The position numbers and the translations under genes were made by a program. The notes under the pieces are model-generated. The model had not been told where the DNA came from, made no database searches, and worked only from the letters and a program-made list of their open reading frames with translations. DNA of 64,000 bases from Candidatus Dojkabacteria bacterium. GTDB lineage: Bacteria; Patescibacteriota; Dojkabacteria; J137. Positions within the stretch are counted from its first letter, which is position 1; each line of letters opens with the position of its first letter. The DNA lies in assembly GCA_025999215.1 (NCBI GenBank), contig AP024679.1:711457-775456 (forward strand), in the 5' to 3' direction. Below are positions 9,074 through 18,659 of this stretch, piece after piece.

Positions 9074-10696
9074 ATGAAATATTTTAAATTATTTAAAATT
9101 TTGTCTTTAGTTTTACTGGTCGGTTGTTTGGCTTATTTCTTACTTTTAAATAATCATCAGGCAGATATTCCTAATTTTGCGAACAATTCTAATTCTACTG
9201 TTTGGTGGAATGATGATTTTGCATTTAGAAAAAGTTTTTATGTAAATGATTTAAATAAAATTGCTATCAAAATAAATCACGCTGATCTGACAATTTCTGG
9301 TTATTCTCAAACTGAAGGAGATGATTTGCAGGTAGTTTTTTGGGATGGTAAAGAACACCAAAGAATTGAAACAACTATTATTAATCCATTTAGTAACAAT
9401 ACTTTGATTGAATTTTTACCAATTGAAAAAGGAGAATATTACTTATACTTTGGAAACAAATCTTACATTCAAGATAATAAACCAGAAAATAATCAAATTA
9501 CAGATAATATCATTGAACTAAATTTAGAAAATTTTGAACATTTGGATTTTTCAGTTACCTCAAAGAAAAATTGGATTTTATACGACAGTTTAGACAATTT
9601 TTTTTATATTGATATTTTATTTGAGCCAAATTTAGATAAAGAAAAACAATATTATCTTTACGATAATGAAACTAAAGAAGCAATAGAAATAGAAAAAAAT
9701 TTGAATTTATTAAAAGTCCCACTCGACAAAATATATCCTGGACAAAAATATTTTAGCATTCTTGCATATTTTGACGATAAAGTTGTAAGAAGTAATAATT
9801 TCAGGATAAACATTTCATACCCTTTGTTCGTAGCATGGACAGTAAATTGGGAAGGTACCGATCCAGGCAGCGAAAACCAAAGTCTTGTTGATAAAATTTC
9901 AAAAAACTACTCTCTTCCTGTGACACATTTTTTTAATCCCAGAGTTTTAATCAAAAATGATATAACCGAAGCAAGAAAAATAGATATAGTTAATTGGTTA
10001 ATTGAGCGTCGTGAAAAACAAAAAGATGAAGTTGCCTTACATTTACACATGCATCACGACATGCTACTAAATGCAGGAGTTAAAACCATTGAAAATGTTG
10101 AAACTTGGAATGGAGATTTGAGAGGATATGACACCCCTCCCACTGTGTATAGTTATGAAGATTTTAAAAAGCTTTTGGCTTGGAGTTTAGATTTGCTCAA
10201 TTCTTACAATTTAAATCAAGTAAATGGATTCAGATCGGGTGGATGGTTTGCAAATGAAGAAATTTTGAGAGCTGTAGAAGATAGCGGATTCAAATACGAC
10301 TCCTCAAGTATTACACCATTTGAGATTGGTAAAAATAAATTTATACAAGATTGGAATATCAACCCAACATCCCAACCTTATTTTCCAAGTTACACTAATA
10401 AAAATCTCAAAAACGGGGATATGAAATTAATGGAAATACCGACAAACGGTGGAGAAAGTTTGTATTCACCACCAGAAAAATTAATTGAAAATTTTTATCA
10501 AAATTATTCACCTAATACTACCCTGAATAGTTCAAATATTATTGTTTTTGCCTCAAACATTGATTGGTTTTATCAAGAGGAACCTAAAATCAACATACTT
10601 TTTGAAGAAATTCAAAAATATAGATACGAACTAGATAGGGGTCCAGTTTGCTTCGTAACTATTCAAGAATATCTCACACAAACACAAAGCTTATAA
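9074..10696 (+). CDS. Secreted or membrane-anchored hypothetical protein, possibly CE4/NodB-like polysaccharide deacetylase-related
   Basis: 540 aa with an N-terminal signal anchor. The His-rich HLHMHHD segment and the GFRSGGW segment are reminiscent of NodB-homology motifs. The domain assignment is weak. Confidence 0.4.
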   Translation: MKYFKLFKILSLVLLVGCLAYFLLLNNHQADIPNFANNSNSTVWWNDDFAFRKSFYVNDLNKIAIKINHADLTISGYSQTEGDDLQVVFWDGKEHQRIETTIINPFSNNTLIEFLPIEKGEYYLYFGNKSYIQDNKPENNQITDNIIELNLENFEHLDFSVTSKKNWILYDSLDNFFYIDILFEPNLDKEKQYYLYDNETKEAIEIEKNLNLLKVPLDKIYPGQKYFSILAYFDDKVVRSNNFRINISYPLFVAWTVNWEGTDPGSENQSLVDKISKNYSLPVTHFFNPRVLIKNDITEARKIDIVNWLIERREKQKDEVALHLHMHHDMLLNAGVKTIENVETWNGDLRGYDTPPTVYSYEDFKKLLAWSLDLLNSYNLNQVNGFRSGGWFANEEILRAVEDSGFKYDSSSITPFEIGKNKFIQDWNINPTSQPYFPSYTNKNLKNGDMKLMEIPTNGGESLYSPPEKLIENFYQNYSPNTTLNSSNIIVFASNIDWFYQEEPKINILFEEIQKYRYELDRGPVCFVTIQEYLTQTQSL

Positions 10697-10700
10697 TAAA

Positions 10701-12002
10701 TTATGGTCTGTTGAGAGTGGTACTTCTTGGGAATGGTATTGTTTCTCTAATGTGATGTACTCCTGACAACCATCTTACCATTCTTTCTAAACCTAATCCA
10801 AAACCAGAATGAGGAACAGATCCGTATTTTCTAATATTCAAATACCATTCATACTCCTTTTTAGGATAGTTTCTTTTCTTAATTTCGTTTAACAGAACTT
10901 CATAGTCATCTTCTCTTTGACTACCACCAATTATTTCTCTAGCTTCTTCGGGAGCGATCAAATCGGCACACTTCGCTCGTTTTACTCCTCTTTCATCAAC
11001 AAAGCTCTTCATGTAAAAAGACTTTATCTCGAATGGATAGTCAGTAACAAAAACAGGAATTTGATATTTGTTACCTAATGCTATCTCTTCTTCAGTACTT
11101 AAATCATCGTTATAATCTACTTTAAGCCCATCTTTTTCGAGTTCTTGTTTTACCTCAAAATGACTTTTTCTTAAAAATTTGGTTTTTACACAATTTTCTA
11201 AAATTTTGGTATCTCTTTGTAAAATTTCAAGTTCTAATTTACAATTTTCAAGCGTGTCTTTAATTATTCTTTTAATCATTTTCTCTTGTAAATCCATATT
11301 CATATTTTGATCATAGTAAGCCATTTCAGCATCCATCATCCAAAACTCTGACAAATGATTCCTTGTTTTTGATTTCTCTGCTCTAAACACTGGGCCAAAG
11401 TCATAAACTTTTCCAAAACTCATGATTGCAGCTTCAGAATACAACTGCCCAGACTGAGTTAAATACATTTTTTCGTCATAAAAATCTAATTCAAAAAGTT
11501 GTGTTGTATCTTCGCAACTTGTTGGTTGCAAAATTGGAGTGTCAGTTCTGACAAAACCTTCTTCAGCAAAAAAGTTAGTTATACTCCTAAAAACCATGTC
11601 TCGTATTCTCAAAACCGCCCATGGAGTTTTAGATCTTAAATATAAATCCCTATTTTCAAATAAAAACTCTGGTCCATGCTCTTTTTTGCCAATTGGATAC
11701 TCAGGTGATAAATTGACTATCTCAATATGCATTACTTGTATTTCGTATTCTTCTTTTTTGGGGTGTTTAGTTATTGTACCATTTACAATAACTGATGATT
11801 CTATAGTCAAATTTTCGGCTGCTTCCCATACTTTTTCATCAACATTTTTTTGCTCCACTACGCCTTGTATAAAACCACTTCCATCTCTAAGTTGTAAAAA
11901 AATTATTTTACCACTAGATCTTTTATTGTACATCCAGCCTTTAATTTCTACCTTTTTATTAATAAATTTTGATGCATCTTTAATATAAAATTCCATATTC
12001 AA
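10701..12002 (-). CDS. asnS: Asparaginyl-tRNA synthetase (class IIb)
   Basis: 433 aa. It has an N-terminal OB fold (LRDGSGFIQ), motif 2 FRAEKSKTRNHLSEFWMMDAE, and a C-terminal GGSQRE...YGSVPHSGFGLGLER segment. The VPHSGFGLG form rather than PPHGG identifies AsnRS. Confidence 0.8.
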   Translation of the reverse strand: MNMEFYIKDASKFINKKVEIKGWMYNKRSSGKIIFLQLRDGSGFIQGVVEQKNVDEKVWEAAENLTIESSVIVNGTITKHPKKEEYEIQVMHIEIVNLSPEYPIGKKEHGPEFLFENRDLYLRSKTPWAVLRIRDMVFRSITNFFAEEGFVRTDTPILQPTSCEDTTQLFELDFYDEKMYLTQSGQLYSEAAIMSFGKVYDFGPVFRAEKSKTRNHLSEFWMMDAEMAYYDQNMNMDLQEKMIKRIIKDTLENCKLELEILQRDTKILENCVKTKFLRKSHFEVKQELEKDGLKVDYNDDLSTEEEIALGNKYQIPVFVTDYPFEIKSFYMKSFVDERGVKRAKCADLIAPEEAREIIGGSQREDDYEVLLNEIKKRNYPKKEYEWYLNIRKYGSVPHSGFGLGLERMVRWLSGVHHIRETIPFPRSTTLNRP

Positions 12003-12028
12003 ATAAATAATATGTATAATTTTTTTAA

Positions 12029-12511
12029 TTAATTTGAAATATCATCACTATCTAAAGTAGTTGAGGTTTTATCAATAAAAGCCAAAATTCCCCCTACAAT
12101 AATCAAAAGCATATTGGTGATAACAAAAAGCATAAATGCAGATTTTGTTACAAAAACTACATCAACTCCAGCTTGCGCGATTTCTAAAACATTATTTTTT
12201 TCTTTTGTATAATAATCAATAGATAAAATTAAATTTATTATAGGGATTATAACCATTACAAGTCCTGCTTGAAAATATAATTTATCTACAAAAATTGATA
12301 CTAACTGAGTCAGTAAAACTGCACAGGTAACTCCTACTATTACGTACTTAATATCTGCTTCTGAATCACTCCAAAGAGATGTAGTGTATTCTTCACCTTG
12401 AAATACCAAACCAATCCACTCCATAAAAAGACTAACAAAAAGAATAATCGTAAAAAATACAGAAATTGAAGTAATAAGTCTTTTTAAATTACTCATCTTT
12501 ACTCCACTCAC
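12029..12511 (-). CDS. Hypothetical small membrane protein
   Basis: 160 aa with 4 predicted TM helices. It sits between the two synthetase genes and its start overlaps the stop of the upstream gene. Confidence 0.45.
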   Translation of the reverse strand: MSGVKMSNLKRLITSISVFFTIILFVSLFMEWIGLVFQGEEYTTSLWSDSEADIKYVIVGVTCAVLLTQLVSIFVDKLYFQAGLVMVIIPIINLILSIDYYTKEKNNVLEIAQAGVDVVFVTKSAFMLFVITNMLLIIVGGILAFIDKTSTTLDSDDISN

Positions 12512-14306
12512 CTACGTGAGCATCTAAAATATTAAACAAATCTTGACTCTTCATCTCAATGGAACAAGTTCTCTTTCCACAATTAAAATCAATCACTTCC
12601 TCATTCAGTATGTTTTTATCAAGCAAAATCTCCATTCCTAGCAAATTGCCAAATGGTGGAATTCCTCCAATTTTTAAACCGTATTTACTTTCAATATTTT
12701 CTGGTTTTTCCATTTCAAAGTTTTCTCCTAAAAAATTTTTGATAAGTTTCAAATCAATTTTTCTATTTGCAGGAAGTGCAACCATTACATTTTTTCCAGT
12801 TTTTTTCCCTCTCAAAATGATAGCTTTTACTCCCTGTTCAATTCTTGTGCCTCTAACTTTTGAGGCTTCTTCGCTTGTTACAACCTCATCATGTTCATCA
12901 AACTTGTAATCAATACCATTTGAATCTAATATTCTCTTAATTTCATTAACTATTTCATCTTCACCAAAAACTTTTCTTTTAAAACTTACACTCGCAATGC
13001 GCTTTGTGTCTGATGGAAACAATACAGCTTCACGAATGTTATCAAGGCCTAGAAGTTGCATTGTAAATCTTTCTAGTCCCAAACCAAAACCTCCATGTTC
13101 AGGCATGCCATATTTGAAAATAGATAAATAATCTTCAAAATTATCTACATTTAACCCTTTGCTTTTTAAACTCACTTTTAATTCTTCATAATCACTAATT
13201 CTTTGACCTCCGCTTGATACTTCAGTACCATTACAAATCAAGTCCGCATATTCGCACACTTCAGGATTCTTAGAACTTGGTTTTGCATAAAAAGCACACT
13301 TAGATCTTGGAAAATGTGTTACAAAAACAAAATCAGATCCCGTTTCTTTTTTTGCGTAGCTTGAAATAAACTTTTCAGCATTTGGAGAAAGATCTTTTTC
13401 CGATCGTTCATCAATTCCTGTTTTTTGAAAGTACAACTCTAACACATCTTTTAATTTGATACGTAAAATTGGCTCTTCTGATAAAATCGCAAAATTTGGA
13501 AAAAATTTTTCTATTTCATCGTTTGCATTATTCATCACATGTTTATAAATAGCTCTAATTACTTTCTCTTCCCACTCTAAAATATCTTCCAAGCCATTAA
13601 TAAATCCTATTTCAAATTCCAATTGAGTTGCTTCTGTGACGTGTCTGCGAGTATTTGATTTCTCAGCTCTAAAACACTTGATACTACCAAACACTCTTTC
13701 AAAAACTCCAACCATGATTTGTTTATAAAGTTGGCTTGATTGTGCTAAGTTTGCTTCATATCCAAAGTAATCAACTTTAAATAATTCAGCACCTCCCTCA
13801 GTTGAAGCGCTAATGATTGCGGGGCCTATAAATTCGGTAAAACCATTTTCTATTAAAAATTTTCTGTATGCTTCTAATATCAATGCTTGAATTTTAAAAA
13901 CAGCCCTAATTTTTTCATTTCTTAAAGCAATGGGTCGAAACTCCAAAATTTTGTCAATGTTTGCATTAATTTCAGGCTTATTAATCTCTATTGGAGAAGG
14001 TTCAATAATCTTTTTAATAATTTTGATTTGTGGATCTATTATTTCTACACCGAGTTCTGTTTTATCTGTTTTTCTCACCTCACCAACAACTTCAATTACG
14101 CTACCAGGTTGCAAATTCTCAATTTCTTTTATTTGCTCTTTGTTTTCAATTACAACTTGAATGAATCCTTTTCCATCTCTTAGTATTAAAAATGCAATTT
14201 TACCTATGTTCCTTACTTTACTTAACCAACCTAGTAGTTTTACTTTTTCACCTGAGTATTCTTTCAATTGAGTGGAAAAAATTTTATTTTGTTGCACAAA
14301 ACTCAA
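12489..14306 (-). CDS. aspS: Aspartyl-tRNA synthetase, archaeal/eukaryal type, fused to a C-terminal YbaK/ProX-like aminoacyl-tRNA deacylase domain
   Basis: 605 aa. The synthetase core is the first roughly 435 aa: LRDGKGFIQ, FRAEKSNTRRHVTEATQLEFE, GGQRISD and MPEHGGFGLGLER, which is the Asp-type PxHGG form. The C-terminal roughly 170 aa carry the GGIPPFG loop characteristic of YbaK/ProX deacylases. Confidence 0.75.
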   Translation of the reverse strand: MSFVQQNKIFSTQLKEYSGEKVKLLGWLSKVRNIGKIAFLILRDGKGFIQVVIENKEQIKEIENLQPGSVIEVVGEVRKTDKTELGVEIIDPQIKIIKKIIEPSPIEINKPEINANIDKILEFRPIALRNEKIRAVFKIQALILEAYRKFLIENGFTEFIGPAIISASTEGGAELFKVDYFGYEANLAQSSQLYKQIMVGVFERVFGSIKCFRAEKSNTRRHVTEATQLEFEIGFINGLEDILEWEEKVIRAIYKHVMNNANDEIEKFFPNFAILSEEPILRIKLKDVLELYFQKTGIDERSEKDLSPNAEKFISSYAKKETGSDFVFVTHFPRSKCAFYAKPSSKNPEVCEYADLICNGTEVSSGGQRISDYEELKVSLKSKGLNVDNFEDYLSIFKYGMPEHGGFGLGLERFTMQLLGLDNIREAVLFPSDTKRIASVSFKRKVFGEDEIVNEIKRILDSNGIDYKFDEHDEVVTSEEASKVRGTRIEQGVKAIILRGKKTGKNVMVALPANRKIDLKLIKNFLGENFEMEKPENIESKYGLKIGGIPPFGNLLGMEILLDKNILNEEVIDFNCGKRTCSIEMKSQDLFNILDAHVGEWSKDE

Positions 14307-14495
14307 AATTTAAAAATTACGTAATCTATTTTACCTAATTATGGATTAGGAAACAAGAAAAATATAGTCCTAATATTTTATGCAAGGCCTTGCTTTAGGT
14401 TTGCGTACAACTACAATCTCAACTAATATTATCACCGAGAGATATGCTAGTCAACAGTAATTTAAATATCATTGAGTATTTTTAAAATATAAAAG

Positions 14496-14531
14496 TATTT
14501 TATTAGTGATAAAATATTGTGGTATAATGAT
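14496..14531 (+). promoter_or_regulatory. Candidate sigma70 promoter with an extended -10 (TGtgGTATAAT) upstream of efp
   Basis: TTAGTG lies around 14499. TATAAT lies at about 14524-14529 and is preceded by TGTGG, a TGn extended -10. The promoter is about 23 nt upstream of the efp ATG. Confidence 0.35.
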
Positions 14532-14552
14532 TTTACTTTTAATTATTAGATT

Positions 14553-15110
14553 ATGATACAAGGAAATCAAGTACGACGAGGAATGGTAATTATGCACAAT
14601 AATGAACCTTGTTTAGTTTTAGATCATCAACTTCGTGCCCAAGGTAGACAAGGTGGTTTAAACCAGACTAAGCTAAAAGGTTTATTAAGTGGAAGTATTA
14701 CTAATGTTAGGTTTAATGCAGCTGAAAAAGTAGAACCCGCTGACGTTAGCTACAAAACAATGCAGTATATTTTTGTTGATGGTGATAACGCTGTTTTTAT
14801 GGATCTTGAGACTTATGAGCAAATTTCAATACCTGTGGAAAATATTCCTATGGAAACAGCTTTTTTGAAAGAAGAGGAAAAATACATAGTTCAATTTTAT
14901 GAAGGTAAAGTCATATCCGTACAATTGCCCAAAAAAATTACTTTAAAAGTAACTAACGCTCCACAAGCAGTTAAAGGTGATACCGCAAACAATCCACAAA
15001 AAGAAGTTATAGTTGAAACCGGATACAAGCTTTTGGCTCCAATGTTTATAAAAGAAGGAGATTTGATTGAAATTAACACAGAAACTGGTTTATATTCAGG
15101 AAAAGCTTAA
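14553..15110 (+). CDS. efp: Elongation factor P
   Basis: 185 aa. It aligns with E. coli EF-P along its full length (three-domain architecture). The loop normally carrying the modified Lys34 reads AQGRQGG here, so Arg is at the tip. Confidence 0.9.
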   Translation: MIQGNQVRRGMVIMHNNEPCLVLDHQLRAQGRQGGLNQTKLKGLLSGSITNVRFNAAEKVEPADVSYKTMQYIFVDGDNAVFMDLETYEQISIPVENIPMETAFLKEEEKYIVQFYEGKVISVQLPKKITLKVTNAPQAVKGDTANNPQKEVIVETGYKLLAPMFIKEGDLIEINTETGLYSGKA

Positions 15111-15857
15111 TATTAAATATTTTAATATTGCTATTGTTGCGATACCTGCTGTCTCGCTTCTCAAAACGTTGTCGCTTATAGTTACAAAATCAACATCCAA
15201 TTGATCTAAAATCCTATATTCATTTTCAGAAAAACCACCTTCAGGACCAATACAAACCGCAATTTTAGAAAAATTTTTTGGTAATTTAAATTCTCTTGAA
15301 ATCTTGTTTTCAATAAAATGTGATTCTTTCCTGTTTTTAATAGATAATACAAAAACGCAGTCATAATTTTTTATATTTGAAATAAAATCTTTAAAATGTT
15401 GAGGAGGAAAAAGCTCCGGAATATCAATTCTTTCTGATTGCTTTGCAGATTCAACAATAATTTTTTTCCATCTAGGGTATTTTTTAACAAACTTTTCTTC
15501 AGAAATCTGAGAATAATCTGTATGTATTGGTTGAAATTTAGTTACGCCTAATTCTGTAGCTTTTTCAATGATTAGCTCAAACCTAATAGGCTTTATGATC
15601 CCCTGCACTAAAGTAATATCTTTGTAAGTTTCGTGACTAAAATCTAACTTTTCAACTATTTCAAATACTCTTGCCAATGAAAATGTTTTGGTAAGTTTAA
15701 TAATTTTAGCTTTAAATTCTTTCTCACCGTTAAAAATCAATATTTCATCACCTACTTTGAGTCTGAGTATTTTTCTCATGTGTGAAGTTTGATCAGCATC
15801 TAACTTTACGCTACTACCAACTCTTATATTTGTTCTTTCTGAAAAAAATCTCCTCAT
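15096..15857 (-). CDS. rsmE: 16S rRNA (uracil1498-N3)-methyltransferase RsmE
   Basis: 253 aa. It has a PUA-like N-terminus (MRRFF...) and a SPOUT C-terminal domain (GPEGGFSENE...). It ends in a TGA stop that convergently overlaps the efp 3' end by about 15 nt. Confidence 0.75.
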   Translation of the reverse strand: MRRFFSERTNIRVGSSVKLDADQTSHMRKILRLKVGDEILIFNGEKEFKAKIIKLTKTFSLARVFEIVEKLDFSHETYKDITLVQGIIKPIRFELIIEKATELGVTKFQPIHTDYSQISEEKFVKKYPRWKKIIVESAKQSERIDIPELFPPQHFKDFISNIKNYDCVFVLSIKNRKESHFIENKISREFKLPKNFSKIAVCIGPEGGFSENEYRILDQLDVDFVTISDNVLRSETAGIATIAILKYLILSFS

Positions 15858-16505
15858 TTAATCTAGAATTTTAGCCAAAGCATCTTCAGTAAATGGGTAA
15901 AAATCGTAACTTATACTAGGATGATTTAAAATAAATAGTTCAATATTAAATTTTTCAAAAGCTTCTTCACTTTGTTTTCTTGCCGCCTCTGCCCCATATG
16001 CATAATTTGTTGATTGAGGTCTCAAGAAAGGTAAATGTTTTTTGTTGATTACGACATATTCTGATGTAAAATTCATATAAGCTTCAAAAACCTCAAATTG
16101 AAATTGTGCACATGCGCTACATTTATAATCTTCATAAATATCTACAACAATGGGTAATTCATCAGCATTTTCTAGCCTTTCATTTATTAAGTCAGTTAAA
16201 GTTTTGCCTGTAACTCTTTGCACATAAACTCCATTTATAGCAACAGTTGGTGTTTGTGCTCCATTAATACCTGCCTCTTTCAAAATTTCTAGTGCTTCAT
16301 TTTTATTTTGTTCAACAATATTTTTAACTTCATCACTTTCATAATCTTCTAAAAAACGATCAACATCTAAGTTTAACTTCTCGGCAATTTGAACAAGATC
16401 AGAGTTTTCAACTCTCTCGTCCCTATAAGCAACAAACAATACTCCCAATACCCCAACTCCAAGTAAAATTGTAATTAACGAAACCAAAAAAGTTTTATTT
16501 TTCAT
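15858..16505 (-). CDS. Thioredoxin-fold DsbA-like oxidoreductase, membrane-anchored (CSAC active site)
   Basis: 215 aa with an N-terminal TM anchor and a CxxC motif (YKCSACAQF). A DsbA-like GAQTPTVAINGVYV (cis-Pro loop) segment precedes the CxxC motif in the primary sequence. Confidence 0.55.
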   Translation of the reverse strand: MKNKTFLVSLITILLGVGVLGVLFVAYRDERVENSDLVQIAEKLNLDVDRFLEDYESDEVKNIVEQNKNEALEILKEAGINGAQTPTVAINGVYVQRVTGKTLTDLINERLENADELPIVVDIYEDYKCSACAQFQFEVFEAYMNFTSEYVVINKKHLPFLRPQSTNYAYGAEAARKQSEEAFEKFNIELFILNHPSISYDFYPFTEDALAKILD

Positions 16506-16546
16506 TTTTTAAAATATAACATTTAATAACACATTTTACACTAAAA

Positions 16547-17674
16547 TTAGTTAGTTTTAAGTATTTTTTCGTGAATAAACTTAATGTATTTTTTATTTAA
16601 TTTTTCTTTTTGAAATTCTTTAGCAGTTTCATAAGCTTGATAACTAATTTTTTTCATATCTATCCAATTTTCGTATACGTAAGAAATTTTATTTTTAAAT
16701 TCTTCTAAATTTGAAGCTAAAAAACCATTTTTACCATTAACAAGAAAATCCTGAGCGCCTTGATTATTACTTGAAACAACAATTCGTGATAAACCCATGG
16801 CCTCTAGCAAAGCAATAGATTGAGCTTCTCTTATACTCGGTAGCACAAAAATATCTGATTTACTTACATTTTCTATAAATTCATCAAGATTGTAAGTTTT
16901 ATTTATTAATTTAACATTTTTAGGAATTTTATGTTCATTCAAATAATTGTTTTCAAATTTGTAACCTTGCACTGGACCGATTATTAAAAAATTTTTATTT
17001 TTAAAAAACTTTGCTACATCCAATATCCATTCCACTCTTTTGACTGGATCAATTCGCCCCATAAAAATAATTTTATTTAGAGGTTTTGTAGGCAGAGTTT
17101 TTTTCTTGGAGATTATACTTTTACTAATTCCATTCGGAATATAAATTGAATCTTTAACTCCTAATTTTTTTAGGTAAATTTCCTCCCATTTAGAAATTCT
17201 TATAACTCCATCGTAAAATCTCAACTCGATTCTCGCAATTAATAAATCGTAGATTATATCAATAATTTTTAATAAAAAAGGTCTTCTGTGATCTTTTTTG
17301 AAAGGCGCATGAGTTGTTAATACAACTTTTTTTCTATTTAATTTTCCCCATATCAGAGAAAACAGCGAATGTGGATGCCTGAAACCGTGAGTGTGAATTA
17401 AATCTGGGTTAATTTCTTTTAATTTTTTGAAAGGGAACCAAAACATTGAAGTTCCACCCAAACTAAACAAAACATTAAATCTATATACTTCAATATTTTC
17501 AAAAGAGTCTATAGATTCTGACATAGTATTAGTTCCTTTTATTATATTGGATGAAAAAATGAAAACATCATAACCAGCCGATTGCAACGCTTTTGCATCT
17601 TCAAATGCTCTCTTCCAAACACCACATGCGCTTGGATAAGAGTAAGGACAAATTATTACAGCTTTTTTATTCAT
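16547..17674 (-). CDS. Glycosyltransferase family 4 (GT-B fold)
   Basis: 375 aa. The C-terminal motif EAQSIALLEAMGLSRIVVSS...GAQDFL...GKNGFL fits the GT4 EX7E-type signature. Confidence 0.75.
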   Translation of the reverse strand: MNKKAVIICPYSYPSACGVWKRAFEDAKALQSAGYDVFIFSSNIIKGTNTMSESIDSFENIEVYRFNVLFSLGGTSMFWFPFKKLKEINPDLIHTHGFRHPHSLFSLIWGKLNRKKVVLTTHAPFKKDHRRPFLLKIIDIIYDLLIARIELRFYDGVIRISKWEEIYLKKLGVKDSIYIPNGISKSIISKKKTLPTKPLNKIIFMGRIDPVKRVEWILDVAKFFKNKNFLIIGPVQGYKFENNYLNEHKIPKNVKLINKTYNLDEFIENVSKSDIFVLPSIREAQSIALLEAMGLSRIVVSSNNQGAQDFLVNGKNGFLASNLEEFKNKISYVYENWIDMKKISYQAYETAKEFQKEKLNKKYIKFIHEKILKTN

Positions 17675-17758
17675 AAGTTACTAATCATGATATTGACTCT
17701 CTAACGTACGACTAAACAAAAAACTACAAATTAAACTCTCCCGAATTTTAAATATACA

Positions 17759-18562
17759 TTAAATACCTACTTTTTTAGATATTTCCCAAAGCATATCAAA
17801 CATTATTTTAAATGTGTCAGCTATGAATTTATTATTAACAACAACTGCCTTGTATGGTTGGTGAGAAACCATTATCGATATTTCATTTTCATAAATATAT
17901 GTAGTAGTTAAAAATTTCTTTGTGGTTGGCAATATTCTTGTTTCCCTAAGTTGCTCTTTATCATTTTTTGTTAGCTTATTTAGCATTGGGTCATCCAGGA
18001 CCAAATTTCGTACAGATATTCCTTTCCTTATCCTTTTTGGAATAAAAATTCTATCATCGTAATCCTTATTGTAAACCTTGAAAAACTCGCTAACATTAGA
18101 AATTATTAAAATTTCTTTGGAACCAGACTTAAGTGCTCGCTGAACTACATCTTTAAAACCGTTATCACCATCAAAATATTTAACATCAACATCATTCATT
18201 TTATCTTTTGTTGGAACAACTTCATTTATCCTTGACACAACCTCATCTATGCTTTCTTCTAGTTTCTGAATTTCCCACTTTTTACTATCAATAATCACAG
18301 ATAGCTTCTCGGGTGGTTCTGCTACCACCATTCTTCTTGCGCCGTAATAAGTTTGAGATGCAAGACCTTTTGCGACCAAATCTTCAACCACATTGTGAGT
18401 TGTAGATCTTTTGATACCAGTTTCTCTAGCAATTTTCATAACGCTGCTAGGTCCAATCCGTAAAAGCGTTAAGTAAACATTTATCTCTTTACTATTTAAA
18501 CCAAACTGTGTTAAATACTCAATTACTTTTTTATCGTTAACTGCATTGATTTTTTGCGTCAT
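17759..18562 (-). CDS. TrmB-family HTH transcriptional regulator
   Basis: 267 aa. The N-terminal winged HTH (LNSKEINVYLTLLRIGPSSVMKIARETGIKRSTTHNVVEDLVAKGL) is typical of TrmB sugar-responsive regulators, and a C-terminal effector domain follows. Confidence 0.6.
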   Translation of the reverse strand: MTQKINAVNDKKVIEYLTQFGLNSKEINVYLTLLRIGPSSVMKIARETGIKRSTTHNVVEDLVAKGLASQTYYGARRMVVAEPPEKLSVIIDSKKWEIQKLEESIDEVVSRINEVVPTKDKMNDVDVKYFDGDNGFKDVVQRALKSGSKEILIISNVSEFFKVYNKDYDDRIFIPKRIRKGISVRNLVLDDPMLNKLTKNDKEQLRETRILPTTKKFLTTTYIYENEISIMVSHQPYKAVVVNNKFIADTFKIMFDMLWEISKKVGI

Positions 18563-18607
18563 TTTTAATAGATAATAAATTAAACTTTGTCTATTTTAAC
18601 AGACAAA

Positions 18608-18640
18608 CTAAAAACTACCAAGTGGGTAGGTAGTTTTTAG
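18608..18640. terminator. Bidirectional rho-independent terminator hairpin downstream of the cytochrome b5 gene
   Basis: A perfect 12-bp inverted repeat, CTAAAAACTACC / GGTAGTTTTTAG, around a 9-nt loop (AAGTGGGTA). It is flanked by T/A-rich runs on both strands. Confidence 0.55.
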
Positions 18641-18659
18641 TTTTAATATTTTTTATAAA

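Noticed and set aside
16547-17674. GT4 glycosyltransferase as an EarP-like EF-P arginine rhamnosyltransferase
   Set aside because: Its C-terminal motif is a canonical GT4 EX7E-type sequence. EarP proteins (DUF2331) are a distinct GT-B family and usually sit adjacent to efp. Here rsmE and a thioredoxin-like gene intervene.
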